Positions 16,595 through 25,773 are shown, counted from the stretch's first letter. The stretch is 32,000 nucleotides of DNA from Nitrospinales bacterium (GCA_038154245.1 JAYOZP010000004.1:78666-110665); one strand, 5' to 3'. The notes: a model not told the origin generated them from the letters alone. Translations and numbers: made by a program.

Positions 16595-18034
16595 TCATAC
16601 CTTCCAAGGAACCTCTTCGACCCAGATCATATTTGTTCCTTTAGCAATACCTGGAGGGTTTCCAGTAGTAATAACCACTCTCTGCTTTGAAAATAAAAGT
16701 TTTCTTTTTTTCAAGGTTTGAAAAACGTTCTTGAGTTTGTCTAAAAACTGGTGTTCATCGGAAACCAAATTTGGAATAACTCCCCTCAATAAACTCAATT
16801 TTCTCGCCCTATTCAAATTTGAAGTATAAGCGATCACTGGAACCATTGGACGAGGCCCTATTACATTTCGCGCTGTCGCTCCAGAGTTTGTAAAAACTAA
16901 TAACGCCTCCGCTTTTAACAGTTCTACTAAAGTATTAGCTGAATAAGATATTCCATCGCTAATAGAAGGCGGATCTTCATGCGCAAATTGGTTCCAAGGC
17001 AAAATTTTCTGATGATGTCGCTGGTAATTCTCTTGTGTTTTTGCGGTCCTATCCATTACTTCTACCGCTTCTCTAGGATATTTTCCTACAGCCGTTTCTC
17101 CAGAAAGCATGATCCCGTCGGCGCACCCCATAACCGCTTGCGCTATATCCGAAACTTCGGCGCGAGTGGGTCGATGATTACTAATCATGGTCTCTAACAT
17201 TTGAGTGGCTACAATAACGGGTTTTTCATATCGCGCTCCTAACCGCAAAATATCTTGTTGTACTAGCGGCACTTCCGTCAATGGAATTTCAATTCCTAAA
17301 TCTCCTCGCGCTACCATGATCGCATCGGTCGCTTGAATAATTTCTTCTAAATTTTCCAATGCTTTTTTACGTTCTATCTTTGCTACAATTTCCGCTTCGC
17401 TATTCGCTTTGACGATGAGTTTTCGAAGTTGATGAATATCCGCCGCCGAACTGACAAACGATAATGCAACATAATCGACCCCAGCTTGCAATCCAAAGAC
17501 CAAATCTTTTTTATCTTTCGGCGTTAATGCTCCCGTTCGTATAACGGCATCTGGCATATTCAATCCTTTATGATTGGATAATTTTCCGCCGATTTCCACT
17601 TCTACTTCTACACGCTTTCCTTTAATCTTTTTTACGACTACGCAAATATTGCCGTCGTCTAAAAAAACTTTGCTGCCCGGCGCAACATCTTCATGAAACC
17701 TTTGATATTGAACCGGAGCTAAACCCTTTCGCCCTATAACCTTTTCCGTTGTAAAAGTTAAACGTTCCCCTTTGCTCAACTCTATAAATCCATTTTCAAA
17801 TTTTCCTACGCGCATTTTGGGTCCCTGCAAATCGAACAAGATACCCACGAACGTATTTAACTCCTTTTCCGTTTCACGAATCCAATCGATCCACTTTTGC
17901 AAAGCCGCATGATCGCCATGAGAAAGATTCAAACGAAATAAGTTAACTCCCGATTGAATTAAACCTTTAATACTTTTTTTATTTGCGGTTCCTGGACCTA
18001 ATGTCGCGATAATCTTTGTTAGTCGAGGTATCAT
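16595..18034 (-). CDS. pyk: Pyruvate kinase
   Basis: Motifs TKIIATLGPGT, MVARGDLGIEIP and VIVATQMLETMISNHRPTRAEVSDIAQAV. The track ORF begins at a TTG at 18046; the ATG at 18034 is preferred. Confidence 0.9.
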   Translation of the reverse strand: MIPRLTKIIATLGPGTANKKSIKGLIQSGVNLFRLNLSHGDHAALQKWIDWIRETEKELNTFVGILFDLQGPKMRVGKFENGFIELSKGERLTFTTEKVIGRKGLAPVQYQRFHEDVAPGSKVFLDDGNICVVVKKIKGKRVEVEVEIGGKLSNHKGLNMPDAVIRTGALTPKDKKDLVFGLQAGVDYVALSFVSSAADIHQLRKLIVKANSEAEIVAKIERKKALENLEEIIQATDAIMVARGDLGIEIPLTEVPLVQQDILRLGARYEKPVIVATQMLETMISNHRPTRAEVSDIAQAVMGCADGIMLSGETAVGKYPREAVEVMDRTAKTQENYQRHHQKILPWNQFAHEDPPSISDGISYSANTLVELLKAEALLVFTNSGATARNVIGPRPMVPVIAYTSNLNRARKLSLLRGVIPNLVSDEHQFLDKLKNVFQTLKKRKLLFSKQRVVITTGNPPGIAKGTNMIWVEEVPWKV

Positions 18035-18152
18035 GATCCTTTTCAAACCTATTTGAATGGTTGAGCTAAAAAATCACAAAAATTGAACATCTTTGCACTT
18101 GTTATTTTATCCTTAAGATCACAAAATCAAATTACATAAAAATCGGACTGAA

Positions 18153-18626
18153 TCAAAACGCTGGGAACGATATTTCATCTCTAAAAACTGGAGGACTCTT
18201 TGGATTTACAAAACCTTCTACTATAATCATTTGTTTTTGATCGTTGGCTTTCACAACAATTTGCTTTCCTCTCTCTAAATCGGGAGTCGATGCGACTAAG
18301 GCTACGTTTTTGGGAATAGTAGGGATACCAATCTTTTTCATCATCTTTAATTCCTCTGGACCAAACTCTAGCGAATCTTCCAGAGGAGGCCATTCTGCCG
18401 TCCCCATTGGAGAAAACATCCAATCGACAAACCGAGAGGGACTCTTATCTTTCAAGACCATAAAAGAAGACCGTTTTAGCTGCCGTTCCGACGACAAATA
18501 ACGCACAACTCGAACTCCTTTCTTCAGTTGTGGATTTTCAGAGTCTTCCCAGTTTACGAAAAAAAATAACATTGGGAAAAGAAAACCAACCGCAATCCAA
18601 TAACTTGTTTTTCGCATATTATTCAA
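18153..18626 (-). CDS. Hypothetical protein with an N-terminal membrane anchor or signal
   Basis: 157-aa ORF with an N-terminal hydrophobic helix (YWIAVGFLFPMLFFFV). I recognise no family. The overlapping ORFs in other frames look like shadows. Confidence 0.5.
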   Translation of the reverse strand: MNNMRKTSYWIAVGFLFPMLFFFVNWEDSENPQLKKGVRVVRYLSSERQLKRSSFMVLKDKSPSRFVDWMFSPMGTAEWPPLEDSLEFGPEELKMMKKIGIPTIPKNVALVASTPDLERGKQIVVKANDQKQMIIVEGFVNPKSPPVFRDEISFPAF

Positions 18627-18871
18627 ATTAAAATTTGAGCGTAAAAAAACTCAAGAGGAACAAATATGGCGAATTGTAATCAATGGGGAAAACTCAATCC
18701 CAAATCATTAACTGCTTTAATTATACTACTTTGATAGAAAAGTTTGTTTTTTGTTAAATTGGCGTTAGGAGTTCTAATGATATAACTCAAGATCCCGAGT
18801 TAATTTCTGACACTCTAATTTAAATATTCGTTTTATACTTTCCGAAGTTATCTAAAGCTAAAGAGAAAATT

Positions 18872-20266
18872 GTGAAATCCATTAATCCAAATATTTTTCG
18901 AGAATCCGACATACGTGGTTTGGTACAAACCGATCTAACGCCAGATCAAGTGGATAAAATAGGTAAAGCCATCGGCACCTATTTAAAACGACAAGGCGGC
19001 AATGTAATAACCTTAGGCAGAGACGTTCGAAATAGTTCCAAAAATTTCAGGGATGTCATCGCACAAGGGTTACTCTCCACCGGCTGCCAACTAAAAGACA
19101 TTGGCGTTGTTCCGACTCCCGTTTCCTATTTTTCTCAACACCACCTAGAAACCGACGCCGGCATCATGATTACAGGGAGTCATAACCCGGCTGAATATAA
19201 CGGATTCAAAATAAATGTTGGCGGCAATAGCCTCTATGGCGAAAAAATTCAGGAAATATTTCGATTAATTGTGAATCAGGATTATGAAACTGGAAGAGGA
19301 ACTATAGAAGAAATTGACGTCCTTGATAGCTACATAGATAAAATTTGCGAAACCATTTCTATTCAAAGAGAAATTAAGTTAGCGGTTGACGGGGGCAATG
19401 GTTGTTTTGGCATTGTAGGTCCCAAATTATTTAAAAAACTTGGACTAACCCCTATCGAAGTGTTTTGCGATCCAGATGGAGATTTCCCTAACCATCACCC
19501 CGATCCAACGGTGGCGGAAAATTTGCAAGACCTAATCCAAAAAGTAAAACAAAATAACTGCGAATTAGGAATTGGTTTTGACGGAGACGTCGACCGCATC
19601 GGAGCGGTCAACGAAAATGGAGATATTTTGTGGGGCGATCAACTTCTTACTATTTTTGCTAGAGAGATACTGAGCAATCACCCAGGAGCAACTATTGTTG
19701 GGGAAGTTAAATGCTCTCAAAACTTATTCCAAGACATTAAAAATCGAGGAGGCATCCCAATTATGGCCGCCGCAGGGTATTCCCTCATTAAAAAGAAAAT
19801 GAGAGAAACCAATGCATTATTAGCGGGAGAAATGAGCGGACATATCTTTTTTGCAGATAATTATTTTGGGTACGACGACGCCATTTTTGCGGCGTGCAAA
19901 CTACTCCAAATTCTATCGTCGACAGATAAAAAACTTTCCGAAATGCTTACCGATTTGCCAAAGACATTTAATACCCCAGAGATTCGAGTCGACTGCCCAG
20001 ACGACAAAAAATTTGCTATTACTCGCGAAATTGGAGAAGCCTTTAGAAACAAATATGAAGTCCTTGAGATCGACGGTTTTCGGATCAACTTTCCTCACGG
20101 CTGGGGTTTAATTCGCGCTTCAAACACACAACCCGTTTTAGTCTTAAGGTTTGAGTCTCAAAGCAAAGAAGGGTTGCGAGAAATTATTGATATCGTAAAT
20201 TCAAAATTACTAAAATACGGTTATTTTTCTTCCTTTGACCCAAAAAAATACAGCGATGTTCTCTAG
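18872..20266 (+). CDS. Phosphomannomutase/phosphoglucomutase
   Basis: GTG start. Motifs: FRESDIRG, active-site TGSHNPAEYNGFK, metal loop GFDGDVDRIG, and GEMSGH. Confidence 0.9.
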   Translation: MKSINPNIFRESDIRGLVQTDLTPDQVDKIGKAIGTYLKRQGGNVITLGRDVRNSSKNFRDVIAQGLLSTGCQLKDIGVVPTPVSYFSQHHLETDAGIMITGSHNPAEYNGFKINVGGNSLYGEKIQEIFRLIVNQDYETGRGTIEEIDVLDSYIDKICETISIQREIKLAVDGGNGCFGIVGPKLFKKLGLTPIEVFCDPDGDFPNHHPDPTVAENLQDLIQKVKQNNCELGIGFDGDVDRIGAVNENGDILWGDQLLTIFAREILSNHPGATIVGEVKCSQNLFQDIKNRGGIPIMAAAGYSLIKKKMRETNALLAGEMSGHIFFADNYFGYDDAIFAACKLLQILSSTDKKLSEMLTDLPKTFNTPEIRVDCPDDKKFAITREIGEAFRNKYEVLEIDGFRINFPHGWGLIRASNTQPVLVLRFESQSKEGLREIIDIVNSKLLKYGYFSSFDPKKYSDVL

Positions 20267-20284
20267 CGAAAGAAATTGCCTCTC

Positions 20285-22060
20285 ATGAAAATAATTAGAT
20301 TAAATTTAGCTTTGTTTTTTCTTGGATTTTTAATTCTTCTTTCCATACAAAATAAATGCATGTCTAACGAAAACTTAGAATTAGCGCGAATTGAATTTAC
20401 CTCCACTCCCATTCCAAAGGATGTTGGAAATCTAATAGAACCCTATACACGATCTTCAATTCGCCAAATTTTTAAAAACGGCTCATCCAAAGAAATACGC
20501 CTGAAATACAATACGCTATTTCGTTCGGGAGATTCTATTGGCAAGGGAACCGTGGGAGAAATCCTGGATGCCAAGGGGACTTCAATTCAAATCGGCTCCG
20601 TAGAAAACAATACGCAAAAGTTTAAAAAGAAGTCCATATTCCCATCCGGTCCAGACGGTAACTCCCTTATCTCGATACCAGGTTTAAAATTACCAAAGGT
20701 TCCTGGCAATCCACTCTTTTTGGTAACTCAATTTGAGCATCATGGTTGGACTGAAAACTCTGATCCTCAAAAACCGCCATTTCATTCAAAACACGAATTG
20801 CCTATGAATGTTGGCTTCACCTTATTAAGCCAAAATCCAACGACAGGAAAACTAACTCCCGTTAATACCCAAACAATCGATTCTAGTTCGGTCTATGGGA
20901 TTCGCTATCCATGCGCCGCATCGTTAAGCCCCTGGAACAGTCATTTGGGAGGGGAGGAAGGAGAACCAAACGCAAAATGGTTTGAGAATAATCCATTAGT
21001 TCCTATGAATTTATTTTTAAACTCAATCAATAAAACAGTACAAGAAGGGGGAGCCAACCCATACGCATACGGTTTCCCTATAGAAGTAATGGTAACCGAT
21101 CAAGGAACCGCTAACATAAAAAAGCGATACGCAATGGGAAGAGCAAGTATTGAACTACCGCTTGTAATGCCTGACGAAAAAACCGTTTATTTGACCGACG
21201 ACGCAGACGACGGAGTTCGGTTAATGTTCCTAGCGGATAGACCGCGAGATCTAACTTCTGGAACATTATACGCCGCCAAGTGGCTGCAAAACTCAAATAA
21301 AAATGGAGGAACAGCTAATCTAAAATGGATCAAGCTAGGCCACAGTGAAGAAAAAGAAATTAGAAAGTTGATTGACCGGAAAATCGTCTTTTCCGATATT
21401 TTTGACTCTCTATCACTATTTGATCTATTAGATCGAGACTCATTCCGCTCCATTTTTGTCGACCAGGGATTTTCGGACAAACCCTACAACCTCTTTGGCG
21501 AACCTAAAATCAATTATATAAAAGTTAAACCTGGAATGGAGAAGGCGGCGGCATTTTTAGAAACTAGGAGATACGCAGCATATCTTGGCGCCACAACAGA
21601 ATTCACAAAAATGGAAGGTCAAGCTCTTAATAAAAAAGATAAAAAAATTTACACGGCCATATCTACCGCTTCAAAAGGAATGCTTGAAAATAAAAACGGC
21701 GACCGTTTTCAAAACGACATTAGTATAGCGGGAAACTCAAAAGATCTTAATTGCGGAATTATATACGAAAGCGATCTAACCGGAGGAGCCATCGATCAAC
21801 TTGACCATCCAATAGATAGCGAATGGGTCGCTATTAATATGAAAACCTTTTTGCTAGGAAAAGAAAATACAAAAAAAAGCAAAGACAAATGCGATGTCGA
21901 CGCCATTGCAAATCCCGACAACCTAAAGTTTTCAGAAAACATGAGAACTCTTTTTATTGGCGAAGATTCAGATGGAAATCATTTAGCAAACTATCTTTGG
22001 GCTTATTCGGTAGATTCGGGAAATTTATCGCGAATTTTGATAAGTCCAAAAGACGCATAA
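20285..22060 (+). CDS. PhoX-like (DUF839) secreted phosphatase family protein, prematurely terminated
   Basis: ATG at 20285 (the track uses a TTG at 20276). Signal peptide MKIIRLNLALFFLGFLILL. Family-like ANPDNLKFSENMRTLFIGEDS lies near the C-terminus. The ORF ends at TAA 22058-22060, but the frame continues with family-like sequence (see next feature). Confidence 0.7.
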   Translation: MKIIRLNLALFFLGFLILLSIQNKCMSNENLELARIEFTSTPIPKDVGNLIEPYTRSSIRQIFKNGSSKEIRLKYNTLFRSGDSIGKGTVGEILDAKGTSIQIGSVENNTQKFKKKSIFPSGPDGNSLISIPGLKLPKVPGNPLFLVTQFEHHGWTENSDPQKPPFHSKHELPMNVGFTLLSQNPTTGKLTPVNTQTIDSSSVYGIRYPCAASLSPWNSHLGGEEGEPNAKWFENNPLVPMNLFLNSINKTVQEGGANPYAYGFPIEVMVTDQGTANIKKRYAMGRASIELPLVMPDEKTVYLTDDADDGVRLMFLADRPRDLTSGTLYAAKWLQNSNKNGGTANLKWIKLGHSEEKEIRKLIDRKIVFSDIFDSLSLFDLLDRDSFRSIFVDQGFSDKPYNLFGEPKINYIKVKPGMEKAAAFLETRRYAAYLGATTEFTKMEGQALNKKDKKIYTAISTASKGMLENKNGDRFQNDISIAGNSKDLNCGIIYESDLTGGAIDQLDHPIDSEWVAINMKTFLLGKENTKKSKDKCDVDAIANPDNLKFSENMRTLFIGEDSDGNHLANYLWAYSVDSGNLSRILISPKDA

Positions 22061-22264
22061 CCCAGCGGACTTCAAGCCACAACCAATTACAACGGCCACA
22101 CCTATATCATGACCAACTTCCAAAAACATATCCTCCCAGAAGACTTTGCGAAAAACCAGAGTCCCGAAGAAGCTAACAAACTAGTATCCAGAACCGATCT
22201 TCGCGGTATAGTCGGATATTTAGGCCCAATCCCCGTCCCAATATTCAATCAATTGGAAAACTAA
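22061..22264 (+). pseudogene. In-frame continuation of the PhoX-like gene after the TAA (67 codons plus stop)
   Basis: Same frame as 20285-22060: PSGLQATTNYNGHTYIMTNFQKHILPEDF...GYLGPIPVPIFNQLEN, then TAA. It resembles the conserved PhoX tail pattern GxE-TG ... (F/V)N-QH. Confidence 0.5.
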
Positions 22265-22505
22265 AGATTCTCTTCGTAAAATATTTTTAGACCGCCCAGA
22301 GTAAACTTTATCCTATAAAGACTAATCCTTAACCTATGGTAAGTTAAGAAATCGCCTATTCTCTTTTTATTTTTCTCCCGTATATTCAATAGATAAGACT
22401 CTCAAAAAGCAGTTTTGTCATAAATATTCAAATCGCGAAATATGCGGCTTCAAAAGTTTAAGCTGATCAGCCGCTTATTATTTGTCCTTAAATATAGAAA
22501 ACTAA

Positions 22506-22985
22506 ATGAACCAAATAGTTTCAATAAACCGCAAACCAAAAATACAAACTCCAAAAGTTGATTTCGATCCTGAACTTGTAATTTTCAACTATTGGACAGC
22601 TATACTTCATTTTGAAAACAAACTAACTACAGAAATTCAAAAAAGAGGAAAAGTATTTTATTTAGATGATATGAGTCAACAACAAACAGAATTATCAGCT
22701 CCGGAAAAAACAACCATCATCTGGAAGAACGATAACGATTCGGCCGTTTTAAATTTTTCAATCTTCTCTAAAGAAACGTCTCTTGAAATTTTTTGTCTAA
22801 AACTTTTCCCATCAAAAAATTCAATCAAATTAGAATTTAAAAAATCGGGCGACTACTTTTTCAAATACAGGGAACAGAACACTCAGACCGTAACAAAAGG
22901 GAAATTAGAAATCATTTCTTCAGTCAATAGTCAAAACCATCAAACCAAGAATTTAAGCTCCGATTTAAAATCAACCTGGTACTGA
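22506..22985 (+). CDS. Hypothetical protein (orphan-like)
   Basis: 159-aa ORF with no TM segment, signal or recognisable motif. The local sequence is very AT-rich (about 30 percent GC on a hand-counted 60-nt line). Confidence 0.45.
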   Translation: MNQIVSINRKPKIQTPKVDFDPELVIFNYWTAILHFENKLTTEIQKRGKVFYLDDMSQQQTELSAPEKTTIIWKNDNDSAVLNFSIFSKETSLEIFCLKLFPSKNSIKLEFKKSGDYFFKYREQNTQTVTKGKLEIISSVNSQNHQTKNLSSDLKSTWY

Positions 22986-23055
22986 GTCGGTAAAAGCATC
23001 TCTTCCTTGCCTCCTAGCTCATCTTTCTAAACGTTCGTCGCATACTTTTTTGTCT

Positions 23056-23409
23056 CTAACTAACCAGTTTTAAATGGTCGGTAATTCGATCTATATCCTT
23101 CTCGGGGGCTGGACCAATGCCAATACAAGTGAGGGTTCCTGCCTTAATAACTGTTCTTCCCGCATCTTTGATCAGTTGTGCCGGTAAATTAGCGTTTAAG
23201 GCTTTTTGGTAGTATTCAATAAGTTCCCTTTCGCTGTTTGCCGATAGCACAACTTTAGGCATTCCTTCGTCAAGCCATTCCTTCTGACGACTTGAGTTTG
23301 CATCGAGAAAACTAGCCACGGCGGCGTGAGCAACTTGCGCCGCAAGTTTCCCTTTAGGAAGTTTAAGCGGTCCATTAATGATTATTACTTGTTTCACTCT
23401 CAACCCCAC
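23056..23409 (-). CDS. pth2: Peptidyl-tRNA hydrolase, Pth2 (archaeal/eukaryotic type) family
   Basis: 117 aa with a GTG start. KQVIIINGPLKLPKGKLAAQVAHAAVASF and the size match the PTH2 family. An alternative GTG start lies at 23397. Confidence 0.75.
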   Translation of the reverse strand: MGLRVKQVIIINGPLKLPKGKLAAQVAHAAVASFLDANSSRQKEWLDEGMPKVVLSANSERELIEYYQKALNANLPAQLIKDAGRTVIKAGTLTCIGIGPAPEKDIDRITDHLKLVS

Positions 23410-23575
23410 AGTTAACCAATTATTATTAACGCTAGCAGATAAATTATAGCGCTAAAAATGCGGGTAATCGTCCAAACTCTTAGTTAAAAAAGGTTTCACA
23501 CTTCAATTAGCAATATGGGTCAAGACTCATCCTTCCATTCATGGCAAAATAGTTTCGAATTCAGGAGATGACGAA

Positions 23576-24448
23576 TTGAACAAGATAAACTCAAAAAAAT
23601 ATTCTGAGAGAATGAACCTCGTATGCGAATACGTACAACAAAATCTAGATATAGAATTTTCGCTTGAAAAGTTGAGTAGAATAGCAAATTTCTCGAAATA
23701 CCATTTCAATCGGCAATTTTCAGCAACTATGGGGATAGGCGTTTTCAAGTTTATTCAGTTAATGCGTTTGAAACGCGCTTCATACAGCCTTGCTTTTGAC
23801 GACGATACTCGAATAATCGATATCGCGCTTGACGCTCAATTTGAAAACCCAGAATCTTTTTCACGGTCATTCAAAAACACTTTCGGACAAACTCCATCTC
23901 AATTTAGAAAAGAACCCGAATGGCCAAAATGGCATTCAAAATTTGAATTTATATCGCCAATCGCAGAAGGAGTAAAGACGATGGAGGTCAAGATCGTTGA
24001 CTTTAAAGAAACCAAGGTAGCGGTGTTGGAACATCGCGGTTCCCCGGACCGAGTATTTGAATCCGCCAGTAAATTTATTGAATGGCGGAAACAAAGTAAA
24101 TTATCGCCGGTTAAATCCAGCCAAACCTATGGCATAGCCCACGACGACCCAAAAACAACAGAGGCAGAAAGTTTCCGTTTTGATATTTGCGGGTCTCTTG
24201 TTGGCGATGTTTCAGAAAACCCGCAAGGAGTCAAAGCGGGTTTTATTCCCAGTGGACGTTGCGCAGTTATAAGACGCGAAGGTAGCCATGATAATCTCGA
24301 TCAGTATATACATTACTTATACAGAGACTGGTTACCTCAAAGCGATGAAGAACTCCGTGATTTCCCGTGCTTTTTTCATTACCTGAACCTAATTACCGAT
24401 GTTGAAGAATATGAATTGTTAACAGATATTTATCTCCCATTAAAATAA
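23576..24448 (+). CDS. AraC family transcriptional regulator with a GyrI-like effector-binding domain (Rob-like architecture)
   Basis: TTG start 8 nt after AGGAG. HTH motifs LEKLSRIANFSKYHFNRQFSATMG and IDIALDAQFENPESFSRSFKNTFGQTPSQFR. The ~160-aa C-terminal domain and total length of 290 aa resemble Rob. Confidence 0.85.
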   Translation: MNKINSKKYSERMNLVCEYVQQNLDIEFSLEKLSRIANFSKYHFNRQFSATMGIGVFKFIQLMRLKRASYSLAFDDDTRIIDIALDAQFENPESFSRSFKNTFGQTPSQFRKEPEWPKWHSKFEFISPIAEGVKTMEVKIVDFKETKVAVLEHRGSPDRVFESASKFIEWRKQSKLSPVKSSQTYGIAHDDPKTTEAESFRFDICGSLVGDVSENPQGVKAGFIPSGRCAVIRREGSHDNLDQYIHYLYRDWLPQSDEELRDFPCFFHYLNLITDVEEYELLTDIYLPLK

Positions 24449-24651
24449 GTTCGTCTCAGTCGCGAGCCGAGCGAAATCAGACATTTTCAATCAAATCCCT
24501 CATAAAATCTGATAATCCAACCTAAAGATCCCTACCTCGTCATTACCAGTTATTTTCTCTATTTATTAAGTTCTAATTACATTCCCTTTGCGTCTTTTTG
24601 AAAACCATTCCGTCTACATAGTCAAAGAAACTTTAATTCAGGAGAAACAAC

Positions 24652-25116
24652 ATGAAGAGAACATTTAAAGAATCGGCCCGAGTGCATTTAGCGCTTAACG
24701 CAAGTCAAATTGATAAATCGATAGAGTTCTATGAAGTTCTGTTTAACGTAAAACCGAGCAAAGTAAAACCCGGGTACGCTAAGTTTGAGGTCGAAAACCC
24801 TCCGGTTAACTTGACGCTGAATGAAGCTAATCAAGTTTCAGGCAATCAAATTAATCACATGGGTATCGAAATTAAAACCGATAGAGGCGTAAAGAATGAA
24901 ATTGAACGTTTCAAAACCCTAGGTTTAGAAACCCGAATTGAGGAAAACACAACCTGTTGTTTTGCAATACAAGATAAAGTGTGGGTTAATGATCCCGATG
25001 GAAACTCCTGGGAAACTTTTGTCGTTTTTGAAGATTCTGATTTACGAGGCGATCAAAATATAGATCCAACTTGCTGCGTCCCCTCGGATGAAACATCAAC
25101 CGCGGGTTGTAGCTAG
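24652..25116 (+). CDS. ArsI/CadI family VOC (glyoxalase-fold) metalloenzyme
   Basis: Close to the ArsI pattern I recall: SIEFY..F...P.KVKPGYAKF, GNQINHMGIE, the vicinal cysteines in TTCCFAIQDKVWVNDPDGNSWE, and a Cys-rich tail PTCCVPSDETSTAGCS. Confidence 0.85.
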   Translation: MKRTFKESARVHLALNASQIDKSIEFYEVLFNVKPSKVKPGYAKFEVENPPVNLTLNEANQVSGNQINHMGIEIKTDRGVKNEIERFKTLGLETRIEENTTCCFAIQDKVWVNDPDGNSWETFVVFEDSDLRGDQNIDPTCCVPSDETSTAGCS

Positions 25117-25143
25117 GAAATAAAAACAAAAAGAAATAAAGCT

Positions 25144-25695
25144 ATGAGTATTGAGGAAGTTTGGAACGACTATGGAAATCTCTTGCGAGGGTTTCTGCTC
25201 TCAAAAGTTAAAAATTCTGAAGATGCAGAAGATTTATTGCAGGAAATTTTAATCAAAACGCATAATAATATGGATTCGTTAAAAGACCCAAAAAAATTTA
25301 AGTCATGGTTGTTCCAAATTGCCCGCAACACTCTAATTGATTACTATCGAAAACCCGACAACATCTTGGTCGATGAATCGCAACTCTTCGATCTCCAGGA
25401 GGAAAGACCCGATACGCAAGAAACAATGCGCCAAGAACTATCGCAATGCATAAAACCCTTTTTAAAATACCTACCGGATAAATATGGCGTAGTCGTAGAC
25501 GCCATAGACATACAAGGCGCTTCTCAAAAAGAGCTCGCCAAGGAGTTAGGATTGTCCTACTCAGCTTTAAAATCAAGGGTTCAGCGAGGACGACAAAAAC
25601 TTGAAGAGATTTTTCAAGAATGCTGTACCTATAAAGTGGACGCACGCGGAAATATAATGGAGTATGAAATTAAGCCTGATTGTTGCGAGTGTTAA
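25144..25695 (+). CDS. sigZ: ECF-type RNA polymerase sigma factor, SigZ-like, with a Cys-rich C-terminus
   Basis: Region 2 (DAEDLLQEILIKTH ... WLFQIARNTLIDYYR) and region 4 (QKELAKELGLSYSALKSRVQRGRQKL). The tail is ECCTYKVDARGNIMEYEIKPDCCEC. It starts 27 nt after the ArsI/CadI stop. Confidence 0.8.
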   Translation: MSIEEVWNDYGNLLRGFLLSKVKNSEDAEDLLQEILIKTHNNMDSLKDPKKFKSWLFQIARNTLIDYYRKPDNILVDESQLFDLQEERPDTQETMRQELSQCIKPFLKYLPDKYGVVVDAIDIQGASQKELAKELGLSYSALKSRVQRGRQKLEEIFQECCTYKVDARGNIMEYEIKPDCCEC

Positions 25696-25756
25696 AGGAA
25701 ACTGTCACACTATGTCCGCCCAAATTAAATGTCATTTCGAGCTTGTCGAGAAATCT

Positions 25757-25773
25757 ATGCTCCAAAGGAGCAT
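25757..25773 (+). terminator. Weak candidate terminator hairpin after sigZ
   Basis: ATGCTCC-AAA-GGAGCAT (7-bp stem, 3-nt loop) followed by a T-rich but interrupted tract. Confidence 0.2.

Noticed and set aside
18181-18501. ORFs 18181-18423 (minus strand, 80 aa) and 18244-18501 (plus strand, 85 aa).
   Set aside because: Both are nested in other frames within the longer 157-aa ORF 18153-18626, which has a plausible N-terminal membrane helix.
21889-22176. 95-aa + strand ORF spanning the PhoX-like stop codon.
   Set aside because: It is in a different frame from the PhoX-like gene and its translation is Arg/Ser/Lys-rich noise. The in-frame continuation after the TAA is the meaningful signal.
24587-24621. 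Shared TTTGC...TGAA(A)C...CGTCTA-N-ATAG pattern upstream of both the ArsI/CadI gene (24587-24621) and ethD (25785-25819), considered as a SigZ-dependent promoter.
   Set aside because: The GAAC-to-CGTC spacing (5 and 9 nt) is far from the 16-17 nt expected for ECF promoters. The ungapped identity is poor, and the matching blocks are short enough to arise by chance in AT-rich DNA. It would need transcription start-site data or a genome-wide motif search.
25727-25755. GTCATTTCGAGCTTGTCGAGAAATC after sigZ resembles, on the opposite strand, TCGACAAGTTCGGGATGGC at about 31231-31250. It is reminiscent of short palindromic repeat families seen in other genomes.
   Set aside because: Only about 17 of 25 positions match, neither copy forms a convincing hairpin, and a match of that size is expected by chance in a 32-kb window.
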